In this document: positions 63,665-64,000 of the stretch, one piece after another | Numbering within the stretch: the first letter of the stretch is position 1 | Layout: every line of letters begins with the position of its first letter | Sequence record: OM319461.1 | Length of the DNA stretch: 64,000 nucleotides | Reading direction: 5' to 3' (one strand) | Program-made: the position numbers and the translations under genes | The notes under the pieces: model-generated | What the model was told of the DNA's origin: nothing | The model's database searches: none | Seen by the model: the letters and a program-made list of their open reading frames with translations, nothing else

Positions 63665-63799
63665 TTACTCTGCTACTTGGTGAGTTGTTGTTTCCATTAC
63701 ATGGTTGTTGTATGCTTCTGTGTTGTCTTGACCTACAGTGAAGAATAGTACTACTGCGATAAGACCCATAAGAACTGCATGACCGTTAGTGAATTTCAT
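63665..63799 (-). CDS. small membrane protein (44 aa)
   Basis: Hand-translated MKFTNGHAVLMGLIAVVLFFTVGQDNTEAYNNHVMETTTHQVAE; GGAG site upstream. Confidence 0.6.
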   Translation of the reverse strand: MKFTNGHAVLMGLIAVVLFFTVGQDNTEAYNNHVMETTTHQVAE

Positions 63800-63853
63800 A
63801 AGTAACTCCGATTGAATAAAAAGAAAAAATGGTTGTCGATAAAGGATAAGTTA

Positions 63854-63881
63854 CCTCCAGGAACCCGAAGGTTCCTGAAGG
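63854..63881 (-). terminator. strong UUCG hairpin downstream of a promoter
   Basis: cct-c-caggaacc-cgaa-ggttcctg-a-agg. Confidence 0.6.
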
Positions 63882-63912
63882 ATTTATTGGATTATATGTT
63901 CTAATCCATGTA

Positions 63913-63942
63913 GGTTATATAGAGATAAAGAATCGTTGAAAC
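63913..63942 (-). promoter_or_regulatory. phage early promoter (TTTCAA-N14-TATATAAC)
   Basis: ggttatatagagataaagaatcgttgaaac. Confidence 0.75.
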
Positions 63943-64000
63943 ACAATTCTATGCTTGGTATACCTGTATATAGAAGATGATCAATACGGCCAGAACCAGA

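Noticed and set aside
1-64000. tRNA, rRNA, integrase or transposase genes
   Set aside because: None was recognised by eye, and intergenic gaps are short or explained; a tRNAscan run was not possible.

Overview
This 64-kb window looks like a segment of a jumbo phage genome, most consistent with a phiKZ-like phage. Support: all credible genes lie on the minus strand; there are repeated TATATWAC early-promoter motifs and C(UUCG)G intrinsic terminators; and it encodes a phiKZ-type terminase-like protein and an SF2 helicase. Host is not determinable here; a marine gammaproteobacterium is plausible but is inference. Recognisable genes: GNAT acetyltransferase, pol-beta-family nucleotidyltransferase, dihydrofolate reductase, UvsE UV endonuclease, a truncated terminase-ATPase paralogue, SF2 (DExH) helicase, DprA/SLOG-like protein, HAD 5'-nucleotidase, tandem HU/IHF-like protein, and a GH19 endolysin with a C-terminal peptidoglycan-binding domain. 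About 19 kb is one giant gene (about 6,400 aa once two N-associated frameshifts are joined) built from 11 modules of [about 170-aa spacer domain + DUF285/BspA-like repeat block + Cys/Trp cap]. It follows a beta-propeller gene that shares its N-terminal anchor module. The most unusual observations are this fibre/anchor family, an EF-Tu N-terminus look-alike (KFERTKPHVNIG) fused to the nucleotidyltransferase, and a tandem array of MKTK(L/I)-starting amphipathic-helix proteins beside two signal-peptide proteins. Many patches are N-rich, mostly at third codon positions where counted, which suggests a consensus of divergent alleles; apparent frameshifts inside those patches are probably artefacts. 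Domain calls come from motif recognition only; no searches were run.
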